From: Octopus sinensis
Lineage: Eukaryota
Assembly (NCBI RefSeq): GCF_006345805.1
Contig: NC_043002.1
Coordinates: 119,722,001 to 119,786,000, forward strand
Length of the DNA: 64,000 nt
Direction of reading: 5' to 3'
Part shown: positions 1 to 12,170 of the stretch, piece by piece
Numbering within the stretch: the first letter of the stretch is position 1
Layout: each line of letters starts with the position of its first letter
The notes under the pieces: model-generated
What the model saw: the letters and a program-made list of their open reading frames with translations, nothing else
Told to the model about the DNA's origin: nothing
The model's database searches: none
Program-made: the position numbers and the translations under genes

Positions 1-107
1 AATAAGTACTGGGCTTACAAAAAATAAATCCCAGGGTCGATTTGCTCGACTAAAGGCGGTGCTCCAGCATGGCCGCAGTCAAATGACTGAAACAAGTAAA
101 AAAAAAA
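1..107 (+). mobile_element. SINE-A, 3' end (cut by window edge)
   Basis: Nearly identical to the 3' part of full copies at 13424-13843 and 52802-53210 (ggcggtgctccagcatggccgcagtcaaatgactgaaacaag plus A tail). Confidence 0.9.
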
Positions 108-122
108 TACAATCATACATGT

Positions 123-345
123 TGGGACTCCGTCGTTTACGAAGACAAAGATTTTTACTGATCCGATGAACGGAACCAAAAGCTCATGAAATTAACGTGC
201 TGAGCACTCCACAGACCCGTGTACTCCTCACGTAATTCTGAGGGAAATTCAGCGTGATACCGTATGTAACAAGGCTGGCCCTTTCAAATACAGGTACAAC
301 TCATTTTTGCCAGCTGAGTGGACTGGAGCAACATGAAATAAAGTG
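123..345 (-). mobile_element. Chimeric SINE fragment: SINE-C central domain joined to SINE-D tail
   Basis: Minus strand reads cactttatttcatgttgctccagtccactcagctg (as in SINE-C at 15176), then tacctgtatttgaaagggccagcc...gacggagt (as in the SINE-D tail at 43329). Confidence 0.75.
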
Positions 346-380
346 AATCTATACTTATCCCTATACTTAGCCTATACTTA

Positions 381-801
381 GGCGGCGAGCTGGCAGAAGC
401 GTTAGCGCGCTGGGGGAAATGCTTAGCGGTATTTCGTCTGTCGTTACGTTCTGAGTTCAAATTCTGCCGAGGTCGACTTTGCCTTTCATCCTTTCGGGGT
501 CGATAAATTAAGTACCAGTTACGTACTGGGGTCGATGTAATCGACTTAATACCTATGTCTGTCCTTGTTTGTCCCCTCTGTGTTTAGCCCCTTGTGGGTA
601 ATAAAGAAATAGAAATAGGTATTTCGTCTGTCGTTACGTTCTGAGTTCAAATTCCGCCGAGGTCGACTTTGCCTTTCATCCTTTCGGGGTCGATAAATTA
701 AGTACCAGTTACGCACTGGGGTTGATGTAATCAACTTAATCCCTTTGTCTGTCCTTGTTTGTCCCCTCTATGTTTAGCCCCTTGTGGGCAGTAAAGAAAT
801 A
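381..801 (+). mobile_element. SINE-B full copy (381-612) plus tandem 5'-truncated copy (617-801)
   Basis: tRNA-like head (tggcagaagcg A box, gagttcaaattc B box). Matches the copy at 40529-40758. tatacttag flanks the whole dimer at 373-381 and 802-810. Confidence 0.9.
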
Positions 802-2522
802 TATACTTAGCTCCACACGTACATATACCCATGTTTGTGTCTGTGTGTATCAGTTTAGAAGAAAGGTATGTATCGATTTAGAAGAAAATGTTAAAGTCTT
901 ATTATCTAATAGTTATACAACATGTCCACCCAACTGTCGATCCTTATTCTCACAAACAACCACAAACGGTTAATTGGATCAGTTAATCTAACTTTAAATT
1001 AACGCTATAAGAAAGTGTAAATGAATACACTTTAATATTTTGTATATAAAAACGTATTTTTTAAAATTTCTCATTCAAACAAAAATATACAGTCTTTACG
1101 TAGTCGCTCGACAGCGAGAAATTGCAGCCAAATTTTCCTCCGTCCTTTAATGTTTTAAAAATGGAAATAATATAATGAACTATCAAATATTAGATACCAT
1201 AGAGTGACGAAATTTGGATACCTTTAATACATTTCATCATAAGTCTTCTCGATCGGGTGTGACTTGGTTCTACACTATAACAAACAGCCTAGCTTACTCT
1301 TTTTTGAATATACACAATCATAGGCTGTACCATTTATTACGGATAAAATTCAGAATCATTTTTGTTAATCGGCCTCTCAACTTTTGTGTTCAGTAAATGT
1401 TTTGTGGTACTTTGTGCTAAGTTAACAATTTTTTTTCTTTTTCTGAACAATATCATTGTTTTCTTAATATTCTTATATATGTTGAGCCACGTATGAAGAG
1501 CCACGTAGGGAAGCAATTCCGTTTTACCATTAATGAACATGGATTTTTTTTCTCTAAACGATCAGAATAAGTCGACGTTCTCTGTCTAAATACTAAAAAA
1601 TTCGACGTCGCATCTGATCTGTCCGAAATCAATAAAACAATAAGTGGACATGCATCGAGGCGAATCTATCAAATATAATCCATCCGAACATGTTCTTGTA
1701 TCAAATATAGAAAGCTATATAACCTCAGAGTTCAAATCAAAGGAAGATGCAGAGGACAATATTAGAACTTTTATGGATGTATCCGCCTCCATTTTGGCGA
1801 CTTATGCTGATAAAATCAACGCAGCAATATTCTCTATAATAATCGTTTTTTTTGTTTTCCTTTCACACAACATTTGTCTCTGATGGTGCCGAGGAGTTTA
1901 TAACTTAATGATCTAAATGGATATTTATGTTGCAGGCTGTTGTCGATTACATTATATATCTTATCTTTGTTATCTAAATCGTATGTGCTGTACGTATAGG
2001 GAAATACATTTTCTTATCAGAATAGCATGTAAAGAGGATTAATGCGTTAAAACAAGATTAGTTCGTAGAAACACACTAAAGTTTTCCAGCATTTTTACAC
2101 TGAAAACGACTCGTCCTTTTGGCTCCTATCCAGCTTAAAGACGAACCATTCCGACTGAACGACCCAAAGAATCTGAAAAATTTCCGCCTGAACTCAAGTA
2201 GAACTCTTACAAAGAGTTTAATGAAAAGCGAAATATATAATTACTAATTTCTCTACTTGTTTTTCTGTTGGCAAAAATTCCTCTTTTAACTACCAACTAT
2301 ATTTAGTAGGTTATTTTGAATGGGAACATCTTCCATAGGCGTTCCATTTCCCCACACACTTCCCATAACACTTGTGTGAAAAAAGGTATGTATGTACGTA
2401 TATGTATATGCTTATGTATGTGTATATACATGCAAGTAAATATGTATGTGTATGTGCATCTATGTTTACATCATGTGTGTATATTTGTGTAAGTGAACAC
2501 CCATGTGCGCCGTGCTTTCAGA

Positions 2523-2829
2523 GGGAGGAAGAGAGAACAGCAGAAGGAAGTGGAGAAGGAGAGAGACAGGGAGAAAGAGAGGGAGAGAGAGGGAGAGATA
2601 GATAGAGATAGAGAGAGAAAAGAGAGAACAACAGCAGGAAGTAGAGTAGGAGAGAGACAGGGAGAAAGAGAGGGAGAGAGAGGGAGAAAGATAGGGAGAG
2701 TGAGAGAGAAAGAGAGGGAGAGAGAGGGAGAGATAGATAGAGATAGAGAGAGAAAAGAGAGAACAACAGCAGGAAGTAGAGTAGGAGAGAGACAGGGAGA
2801 AAGAGATGGAGAGATAGAGAGAGAAAAGG

Positions 2830-2864
<35 letters not shown>

Positions 2865-2866
2865 TC
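2523..2866. repeat. GA-rich low-complexity repeat with an internal ~132-bp tandem duplication
   Basis: The purine tract and the block gatagatagagatagagagagaaaagagagaacaacagcaggaagtagagtagg occur twice. Confidence 0.85.
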
Positions 2867-3193
2867 CAAGACTGATACTTGTCAGTGTGGTTCTAAAATA
2901 TTTCTGGCCGCCTACCACAATAAATTATCTTTAATGTAGCTGAAGAATGTTATTTTACAGGAGGTTTATTTGAAATGATATATTATAACTTATATATGTA
3001 ACAGTTCGAAACACAAACGTACAAATATATATGCAGGTACGTATTGTTTATATAAAACAATAACCTAGTCGCAGCAAGTTTCTTACGATAATGTGGAATT
3101 AAGCACGTTTGCCTCGAGATTTTATACAGCACTAGCAGTAGGAAATATTGTCACGTGACAAAATGCTGGCTGATATTCTGAAATATGCGCTTA

Positions 3194-3619
3194 TCTTTAT
3201 ATATAAAAGTGAAGTTGTGTGAGTGTCTGTCTCCTACGATTTAGATTCCTAACTACTCCCACATTTTGCGGTGCAGTTTAACCAAAACCGGGTATCTTAT
3301 AGTTGTGATTCATATCGAGCCCTTCTGTGTATTAGCGCGCGTCTACGATGAGTCTACGATTTAAAAAAAAATTTACCATCATTTTTTTCTATTTTAATGC
3401 ATTTTTTTCGCTATTATATATATTTTTCGCTATTATATATATATTATATAAGACTCTCTAAAAATGTCTACGATGAGTCAACGATTAAAAAAAAAATTAC
3501 CATCATTTTTTTCCCATTTTTAATGCATTTTTTTTGCTATTTTTTGGCTATAACTCTCTAAAAATGCTTATATAGTTATTTCCCTTACAAACCCGAGCAA
3601 CGCCGGGCGATACTGCTAG
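3194..3619 (+). mobile_element. Non-autonomous Helitron, family H1
   Basis: 5' TC after A. The 3' GC hairpin cccgagcaacgccggg is followed by CTAG and then T. No TSD. Copies at 15896, 39750, 48135 and 51241. Confidence 0.85.
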
Positions 3620-4726
3620 TGTTTTATATAGAGAATCAGATATGTTGAAGTCATCTTTCGAAGTTTTTGTAATTCCTCTCTCATTAAATTCCGCGATCAC
3701 ATCAGGTGATTGAAAGGTTTTGAAAAAATTAAAGGTATAGCCTTGTGACTGAGAATTAGGTTTCACAACAACATGATTTCGGGTTCAATGATACTGTCTC
3801 GAAGTCTGGCCTTTTGGAATGGTGACTCTTATTATAACTTTGGATCGCCCAATCCGTTGAAAGTTACAGTCTATAGGAACCAGTCAAAGGTACGTTCCTT
3901 TTTCCCAGTTTATTACAACGCCTGACCTTGGCTAACTTTAGTACAACCCATACAATCACGTGTATTAGGGGGAGATCTGGAGTCCTACTTTACTTTTCTC
4001 TACATTACAATCGTTCTTTATAGAAATGAATTATACCTAATTATACATAGCAAGAACAAGGCGCCCCTCGGAGTTGAGGAGCTAAGTGCTTTAGGCAAGA
4101 ATCCAAAATACACGAATTGTGCTATGAATACTATCAATGGTCACATGTTTAGTTAAAATCTATTTAGTTAATATGTATTTAATTTTTTTTCATTTAAATT
4201 TTGATTACTTTGCAACATCTCATTAACAGAAACTTGTTATAAACTTTCAAAGCGTCGTCTTTATTTGTTTAGATAAAATTACTTAAATAGAAACCAAAAA
4301 CCAACGGTTGCAATGAGGCGGTTAAAAAATTAGAGGCGTTTCGCTAACAATATTTATTCCTTTATATTAAACACTGTTTTCCCCTCTTCTTTGATAAACA
4401 TTAACATCACAGAACGTAATTTCATTATCATAGATTTTCTATTAATATTTCATCATCCCCCTTATTTGATGCAATTTTAAATGCCATATCAGATCGATTT
4501 ACGCAGTGTAAATACTATATCCACGCTTCTAAAAGAAATGCAAATTAATACAAAAAGAGTCTTGAGATTTGTTTTGATTTCGATGACATGCTTTAAGAGG
4601 TGGCTTATCTTATATTAGGAATCCTCGACAAACATTAAAGTTTAACCTTTAGCTACACACACACACACATATATATATGTAGCTAAAAGTTAAACTTTAA
4701 TATATATAGATATATACATATATATA

Positions 4727-4885
4727 GGCATAGTTGTGGCTGTGTAGTAAGTTTGCTTCCCAACCGCAAGTATCCGGGTTACCACAGCGTGGTACCTTGG
4801 GCAAGTGTATTTCACTAGACCCTCGGGATGATCCAGACATTGCGAGTGGATTTAGTAAAGGAAACTGAAAGAAGCCTCTTGTACA
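4727..4885 (+). mobile_element. Degenerate SINE-A 5' half
   Basis: gtggctgtgtagtaag...cttgggcaagtg...ggaaactgaaagaagcc matches the SINE-A head. Confidence 0.75.
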
Positions 4886-5797
4886 TGCACAAGTTTCTGT
4901 TAATGAGATGTTGCAAAGTGTGTGCGTGTATGAAGGTATGTGCGTGTATGAAAGTATGTGAATTACATGCCTGGCTCTCTGTACAGGAAGTATTTTTGCC
5001 TTTATATAAAAGTGTGGATGTAAATATTTATCAAATTTAACCAGAGTTGGAAAATATACCAAAGAAAACATGCCGATTAACAAAAATCAAATATTTTGCC
5101 TCTGATATGAGATTACATTTCGGATAAAATTTCGGATAAGATTTAATACTGGAATATTTCTAGCGGATTCAAGTTTCTCTATAAAGTTATCCTGTATTCA
5201 TTAATTCATTATATTCTTTTGAATAATAATTTTCCTCTCTTCAGTTTCTTATTATATCGGGGATAAACTGAATACATAGCATTCATTATTATGAAACTTA
5301 AGGAAAGATCACAGGCACATTACGTTGAAGAATATTAATTATGTAATTAGTTTGCCGATCTATCAGAATATAATATCCTTTACTTGCGTAGGTTTTCATT
5401 GTAATGTTGAAGTGTGTATAGACACTGGATTTTAGTCGTTAGCGCAAATTAACTAATTTCGCATGCTCTTTTGTGTTTTCCACTTGACATAAGAGTTATT
5501 AGAAGAAACTTTCAGCATCTTAAGTGCCAGATGGAGAAATAACCATGGATGAGAATTATTCAAGTAGATATAGAGGAGATTCTCCAATTGATATTATTGC
5601 TGACTATGAACTCATGTGACAGTTCAAATCCGTTTCACATATTTCTATCTCCTTTTGTTAACTTAGCTATCCAAGTGGTTATATATATACACCAAAATTC
5701 TAATTACTCTAGATTAGGATCACGCCCAAAGGGATGAGTATGTTGTTCTTTACACTTACAGGCAAAAACTACCCTCTATGTATGCACGAATACACAC

Positions 5798-6225
5798 ACA
5801 TCATCATTCATCATTGTTCGACCGTGGTCGAGACAATGGAATTTACCATGCTATGCCAGACTTCACGGTCCATCATGGCATTACGGAGGTCCTGTTGCTG
5901 GATGCCTGTATCCCTGGAGATTACATCAGGGTAGGAGAGTGTGCGCCCTCTGGTATTGCGAGTAGATGGCTTCCAGAGAAGAAGAGTAGAAATTACTTCT
6001 TTTTCAGCTCTACAACAATGTCCAGCAAACTGGACTCTCCTACCTTTCACAAGAGATGACACGGGTGGTAGTTTCCCATATATTTGCATTTTGGTTGGAT
6101 GGTGCTTCCACGAGAGATTTTGAGCTCTCATAAGGAGGCGAGTGTAGGTTCCATCCAACCGCCTCTCAAGCTTCTTTGATAACGTCCAGGTTTCTGAGCC
6201 ATCAAGTTCAGTTTTCATGACAGTA
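5798..6225 (-). mobile_element. RTE/RTE-X-like LINE 3' fragment
   Basis: ORF 5811-6218: GSETWTLSKKLERRLDGTYTRLL...RRVQFAGHC...MMDREVW, a typical RTE C-terminus, followed by an (atg)n tail. Confidence 0.8.
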
Positions 6226-7129
6226 ATGTTCCACGCTTAATGTTTGGTGAATCAATGTTACCGAAAATCACTGGAAAATATTACGTAAACTCCTTGTAAA
6301 ATGACAACGAAAATGAACCTTAACGAATGTAAATTCATAAACTTATGAGGCAGTCATTTGATTTGATCTGCTCGATCTCATCAGCTACCTGAGCGCTTAT
6401 CATTAAGCTTTACTGTGAGTGATATCTTTTATGGAATACACTGCGTTAAGCTCACAATATTTTATGATAAGTGGTATATCTCAATGGATTAAAAATCCAT
6501 TGAGATATACCACAGAGAGATACAGTAGCATGTCTGTATCTTAAGATACTCTAGGCACACACATGGTTTCCTGGTTAGGAACGTTTTTTCACAATTACAT
6601 AATTGCAGGTTCAATCTTACAACATGGCATTTTAGAGTTTTTTATTGTAACCTCATTTCGGCCAATGCCTCGTGTGTAAAAGGTGTGATACTCGAATCGC
6701 AGATGTATTAAGTCTACTGGGAAGCGTTATAATCGAAGTTAATTGAGATTGCCTATGAAATTCCGAAGAACTGACAAAGCTAATGTGACAACGTGTGATC
6801 TTGTAAAAATCCTGCCTGTGCATGTGGAGTGTGGGTCGATATTTTCAACAATACCTACATACACATATGTGAGTCTGTGTGGGTGTATATATCTGTATGT
6901 ATGTCATTGATCAGTTCTATTTCAAGATTTCTTGCCAATAGGGAAAGAGCCGGTTTCCAACATAGATCCAAGGTTCCTTCATTGGAATTTCAATATCAAC
7001 AACATGATATTTTTTTTGTGTGTGTATGTATGTATATACATGCATATATGTATGTATATATGTATGTGTGCAGATTTGTATCTTTACTTTATTTATGTAT
7101 TCTCATGCATATAGTTTCATAACTAGATA

Positions 7130-8230
7130 TGCTCATATATATTTAAATGATAAACTTCTGGACATTTTTACAGAATTTTATAGTTCCAGTGATGGATTGG
7201 ATCTGCAGTCTTCGAATTACCTTTCTCCTTTCTGGTTTTGAGAAACATAATTTCTCAAGAGTGACATTTCGGTAGTGTGTTACATATTCCAGGACCCCAA
7301 TAATTACAGGTATAAGCTTAAACTTGTAATCTGGATAGAGTAACTGCAATAGGTCAGCGTAGGTATTCTCTTTTACACAGGACTTCAGCTTTATGTAAAC
7401 ATCCGCTGGACAGCTTATTTCCACAAATGTACACAGTTTCTCTTCTCTATCCCAAATCATTATGTCAGGTCTGTTGTGCTTACATTTTGAGGGTTTTCAC
7501 TGGGACATTCCAGCAGTACTCCTTTTTATTGTGAGTGGCTATGGCTTCTACCATATTGTGAGTTCTTATTTCTTTGTCCTCATGGTTATCCTTCCGACAG
7601 ATTTCATCATAGAGTGTCCTACCTACAACACCATGTTTCATCAGTAGATAATAACGTGACGACATTTTCGGACAACTGCTTATGATGTGGGTGATATCTT
7701 CGGTTCTAACTCCACCAAGTCTGCATCGATTGTAACATTTTACTGATTTTCCTGCATGTATATCCCTTTTATGCATCAGGTACGTGGTTGATATTTCCTG
7801 TTCCTGGATTGCAAACGCATACCCTTCAAAGTGGGAGGTAGTAATCCGGCTATTGGTCAGTGATAGACTGCTTTGATGATCAATGTTTCTATCATCATGG
7901 AGCTTTCTATTTATATATATCCATGCATAGTCTTCTGCTCATACAAGCTCACCTTTTATATGATGATACGTTACAGTAGAGTCGTACGACTTCTTTGGAC
8001 ATGTATTCGAGATCATCAGACAATGAATTTTGCTCAAAGAGCTGCCTTCCAAGTCTTATAATGTTACCAGCCTCGTATATGTAAATTTGGTCAAGGGATG
8101 CACTTCGATACTTATGCTACGGAGTGACAAGTTATGACATTCAAAACTATTTTGGATCGATGTTAAGCCTCAGCCGCCTTGCTTTCGTTTTAGCTATAAG
8201 CGGTCTGCGTCACTGTTTATCTGGAAATGA
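7130..8230 (-). mobile_element. R4/Dong-like (restriction-like endonuclease) non-LTR retrotransposon 3' fragment, frameshifted
   Basis: Decayed CCHC knuckle CRLxxxxTEDITHIISSCPKM (ORF 7480-7776). RLE-like IWDREEKLCTFVEISCPAD...IPVIIG (ORF 7143-7460). Upstream minus strand reads EGYAFAIQEQEI. Confidence 0.75.
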
Positions 8231-8257
8231 TGTGTGCTTGTTAGTATTTTTCGGGTT

Positions 8258-8289
<32 letters not shown>

Positions 8290-8336
8290 TGTATGTATGT
8301 ATGTATGTATTATGTATGTATGTATGTATGTGCATG

Positions 8337-8820
8337 AGGGGACAGCCACTTTTGTGAAATCTCGAGTTGCACACGAGAAAGTAAGGAGGGATGTCAGGAA
8401 GGGCATCGCTGTTACACTTCCAGAAAGGAAGGGTCTTCCTTTGATTCTGACATGCAATGTCTGTGCAAGACCCTGCCTCAGTAAAGCTGGACTCATGAGT
8501 CATCTTCGTATTCATAAAACGGGACAGATGAGTGACAACCTGGTCACTGGTGGTGGTGTAACACACCATAATAATCATATCTGTCGGGCATGTGGAAGAG
8601 AGTGTAATTCGGCAGGAGGACTTAAACGGCATGCAAAGGTACATGAAGCCCAGTTACAACTACAGCCCTTCTATTACCGGTAAAGGTTTTAGTTGCCAAT
8701 TTTGTACAAGACATTGTAGATCTTTAGCTGGGCTAAAAAGTCACATTCGATCACAGCACCAGTAACAGTTAATCTTCGTGCAATGGCCATACTCGATAAC
8801 GAGGGGGCAGCCATAATAAT
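8337..8820 (+). mobile_element. RTE-like LINE 3' end carrying three C2H2-type fingers, embedded in (ATGT)n
   Basis: CNVCARPCLSKAGLMSHLRIH, CRACGRECNSAGGLKRHAKVH and CQFCTRHCRSLAGLKSHIRSQH, then a short 3' UTR. (ATGT)n on both sides. Confidence 0.6.
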
Positions 8821-9151
8821 GTATTATGTATGTATGTATGTATGTATATCTGCCCGTATACCGATATAAACCCCTGCTGTCATCTTGTAAGCATACATAT
8901 CTTTATGAGGTTTTGAATGTTTATATTATTCGTATAGGTGGAACGTGTTGTTTTGATTACAAAAACTAGAATATCTTACAAGCGTCGTAATATTTCTGGT
9001 TATATATTATAGTATTTCTAACTTTCTTCATAGCCTATGAATTTTGTTAAGGCATCATTATACGTAGAGTTCGGAAATACGTGTTATGGTACGCTTACTG
9101 AGGATATGAAAATTAAATAATATAATCCCAGTTACCTCACCTCAGTCATAA

Positions 9152-11541
9152 CACTAGTCAATACGATTTCTGGTGCCAGGAAACAAAACACGTTTTTTAG
9201 CTGATGTGATGGTGCTGATTCCGAAAATGTCCTTAGTTTTTCGTGGTTAGCTAACGATTTTGCTGTACTGAAATTGCTCATTTTTGGAAAAAATACAAAT
9301 TGACGATCTTGGCTGATCGCAAAATTTAGTTTAAAAGGGTAGTAGAAACCTATGAATTTTCAGGTAGGCCGATCAATTTATGTCAGCCACTTGATATAAA
9401 CTTTTTTTATAAGGAAAAAGTGTTTTTGCGTCAAAACTTTTAAAATAGACGTACCGAATTTTTCCAATTATTGCCAAAATTCAAATTAACTGATAAACAT
9501 TATGAGTAATACACTTTCGTAAACCTGATAATTAAGGTGATATAAAAAAATGAAACCCTAAAATCTTCTGTTTGATATTCATAAATTTATCCCATTAGAT
9601 TTATCCTTTCAATACAGAAGGAAACCAAGCACATTAAGAGCTTTTGTTTTCACAGTTGGAAAAAACCTCCAACTAAAGACATCCCAATTGAATTCACCTA
9701 TTCCATTGTACGTGATGAACATCATGAAAATGGTTTCACCATAACATCTGAACTCCACGCGGGATTACGAAGATACGAAGCAGAATCAGCGTAACGACTC
9801 TTTCCGTCTTTCGTTATTGACCTTTTTTACGAGTCTTTCCGTAGGACATTAGGAAAGCTCAAATTACCTAAATGTGAACACGCAAAGTGTAATGTAAATG
9901 CTTAACCAACTCATGTTCTTTTTTAATCATAGATATAGATATCAAATGACATGGCTTCAACAAGAGGATGCAAAAATGATCCCAATTTATTTTGTTATAC
10001 ATGCAGCGAGTTCACACTGAGAGCCAACAGAAAACTGATATCTGACTTTTACAAGAAAACCTATTGTGCTTACTTTCACGTCGAGCTTGGTGATCAGGAC
10101 AAATCATGGAACCCCTCACATTGTTTGGAAGACATGCTTGGAACACATGAGACAGTGGACACTATTCCTATGATCTGGCATGAACCAAAGAACCACTCTG
10201 ACGAATGTTACTTCTGTTCAGTGAGACTGAACCAAAAGAAACGCAGATCTATCCACTGTCCCAGTCTTTACTCCGATTGTTCATTGATGGTACAAAACGT
10301 AGTTTGAAATGTGTTTTGCTCCATAATACCAACGTGTATGCGCCAATACCTATAGATATTCAACAACACTGAAAGAAAAAAATGATATCATCAAACAGGT
10401 TATGGAACTGACTAAATACGCCAAGCATAAATGGCTATTATGTGTCGATTTGAAAATAGTAAGTTTCCTGCTTGGTCGACAAAGTGGCTGCACGAAATTC
10501 CCATGTTTCTTGTATGTGGGACAGTAGAGCAAAAGAGGAGCTCCGGAAAAGGAAAGATTGGCCACCCGGAGAGTCAGTGAAAAGAACGTTACTAGTGCAG
10601 CGCTAGTTCCGAAAGAAAAAATTCTCTTCCCTCTTTTGCATATCAAACTGGGATTAATGAAACAGTATGTAAAATCACTTGACAAAGAAAGTGAATGTTT
10701 TGAGTATATATGTAAATCGTTTCCAGGACTTAGCACCGAAAAAACTCAAAGCAGGAATGTTTGATGGGCCTGATATCAGGAAACTCATTAAAGATGATCA
10801 ATTTGTTAACTCATTGAATGACTTGGAATTAGGCGCTTGGACATCGTTTGTTGACTTGATGAAAAACTTCTTAGGCAATTACCGGGCCAAAAACTACAAG
10901 GAGTTAGTGGAAAAGCTGCTGAAAAGTCTACAGGACATAAGTGCTAATATAAGTATTAAGGTTCATTTTTTACATAGCCATCTAGAGAAATTTCCGGATA
11001 ATTGCAGCGATATGAGTGATGAACAAGTAGAAAGATTCCATCAGGATATCAAAACAATAGAAGAGCGCTACCAGGGACGGTGCGACAAACGAATGATGGT
11101 TGGCTACTGCTGGAGTATCAAAAGGGACTTAAGTAACATTGAACATGACAGACAATCAAGAAAGAGAAAATCTTTACCATAGTTCTTAGGCTCACGAAGG
11201 CTACTGTATTTAATGATTTCATGAAAATACTTGTTGGTCTTGGTATATTCAATCGCGTTATTTTAAAGACTTAGTTATTGCAAAAATAGTATTTCTCAAT
11301 AAGCAGACCAATATTTGTTGGTTTGAATACGAAGTGAGAGGACTCTACGATTTTACTTTGAGAAAAACAGAAGACAAATGAAAAAAAGGCATTTTTCCCC
11401 AAGAATTAGTTTTCTGTACAGCAAAAACGGTAGCTACCTAAGAAAAAGTAAGGTCATTTTCAGATTCAGCGCCCTCAAATTAGCTAAAAGAGATGTTTGG
11501 TGTCTCAACACCATTTCAAAAATCTTATTTGTTGACCAGTG
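9152..11541 (+). mobile_element. Full-length decayed Chapaev3-like (CMC superfamily) DNA transposon
   Basis: CAC...GTG termini with ~100-bp imperfect TIRs (cactagtcaa / ttgaccagtg). TAA duplication at 9149-9151 and 11542-11544. Confidence 0.8.
9951..11182 (+). pseudogene. Frameshifted Chapaev3-like transposase
   Basis: CKNDPNLFCYTC...LGDQDKSW...WHEPKNHSDECYFC; LHIKLGLMKQYVK; DGPDIR...HFLHSHL...DEQVERFHQDIK...RYQGR. Split over ORFs 9951-10307, 10558-10764 and 10679-11182. Confidence 0.8.
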
Positions 11542-11849
11542 TAATTCATACGGAAGAGAAAGATAACGTCTCTTACCTCTTTGACCAAACAGGAATGATC
11601 GGAGTGTAAAATGCCGTCCTGGAATTTATTTTTTCCTGCTATCCAGGTCGTATCACCAAAGCTTTCAGAAGAAATGATTTAAAGATAAGTGTACAGAAGT
11701 ACACAATATTAAACTGATCAAAGCTAAGGGGTGGTTTCAATGCTGACTCTTTATTAGCGATGCTGCAGTACTATTGTTTTATCCACATTGAGTTTATTAA
11801 CGTCGATTGTGGGTTTACTATTTCTAATATGTTTTAGTATTTATTGATT

Positions 11850-12170
11850 AACACACATTTGAAGAAAGAGAGGATATTGATCTTGTAGTGCTTAAGAGAA
11901 CTGTCAAGTATTTCCAGAGCGAGGTGTTTAGGAGCTCTTTCTATGTTTACGGTGCTCTATGCAGTAGATCTTTTTTGTAGGAGTAAATGAGGTTGTTTGC
12001 CAGCATTTTAGAATACGTTTAGTGCGCAGTTCATATTTATTCTTTTTTTCTGCAAGTATGTAAAGTTTGTAAGATTGATTGACTACATTCCTGTAGTTTG
12101 AAAACTGTTTTGGAAGTAGCTGTGATTATAACAAAATCCTGAGGTTTTTAACTGGACGGGTAAATTCTTT
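11850..12170 (-). mobile_element. Very old non-LTR reverse transcriptase relic
   Basis: Minus strand reads NYRNVVNQSYKLYI, resembling the NYRxIxLLxxxYKL RT motif. The rest is heavily decayed. Confidence 0.3.

Noticed and set aside
1337-1883. Possible host exons (ORFs 1337-1540 and 1644-1883)
   Set aside because: No recognisable domain, codon signal or clear splice context. They cannot be supported without RNA-seq or homology search.
6945-6990. HHR-like caatgaagg...ggaaaccggctc downstream of the R4-like fragment (minus strand)
   Set aside because: The core is not CUGANGA, there is no NUH and no stem I.
8234-8765. Host C2H2 zinc-finger gene
   Set aside because: The fingers lack TGEKP linkers, the third is out of frame, the ORF start is microsatellite, and the segment ends in a LINE-like 3' UTR inside (ATGT)n. 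It is better explained as an RTE C-terminus.
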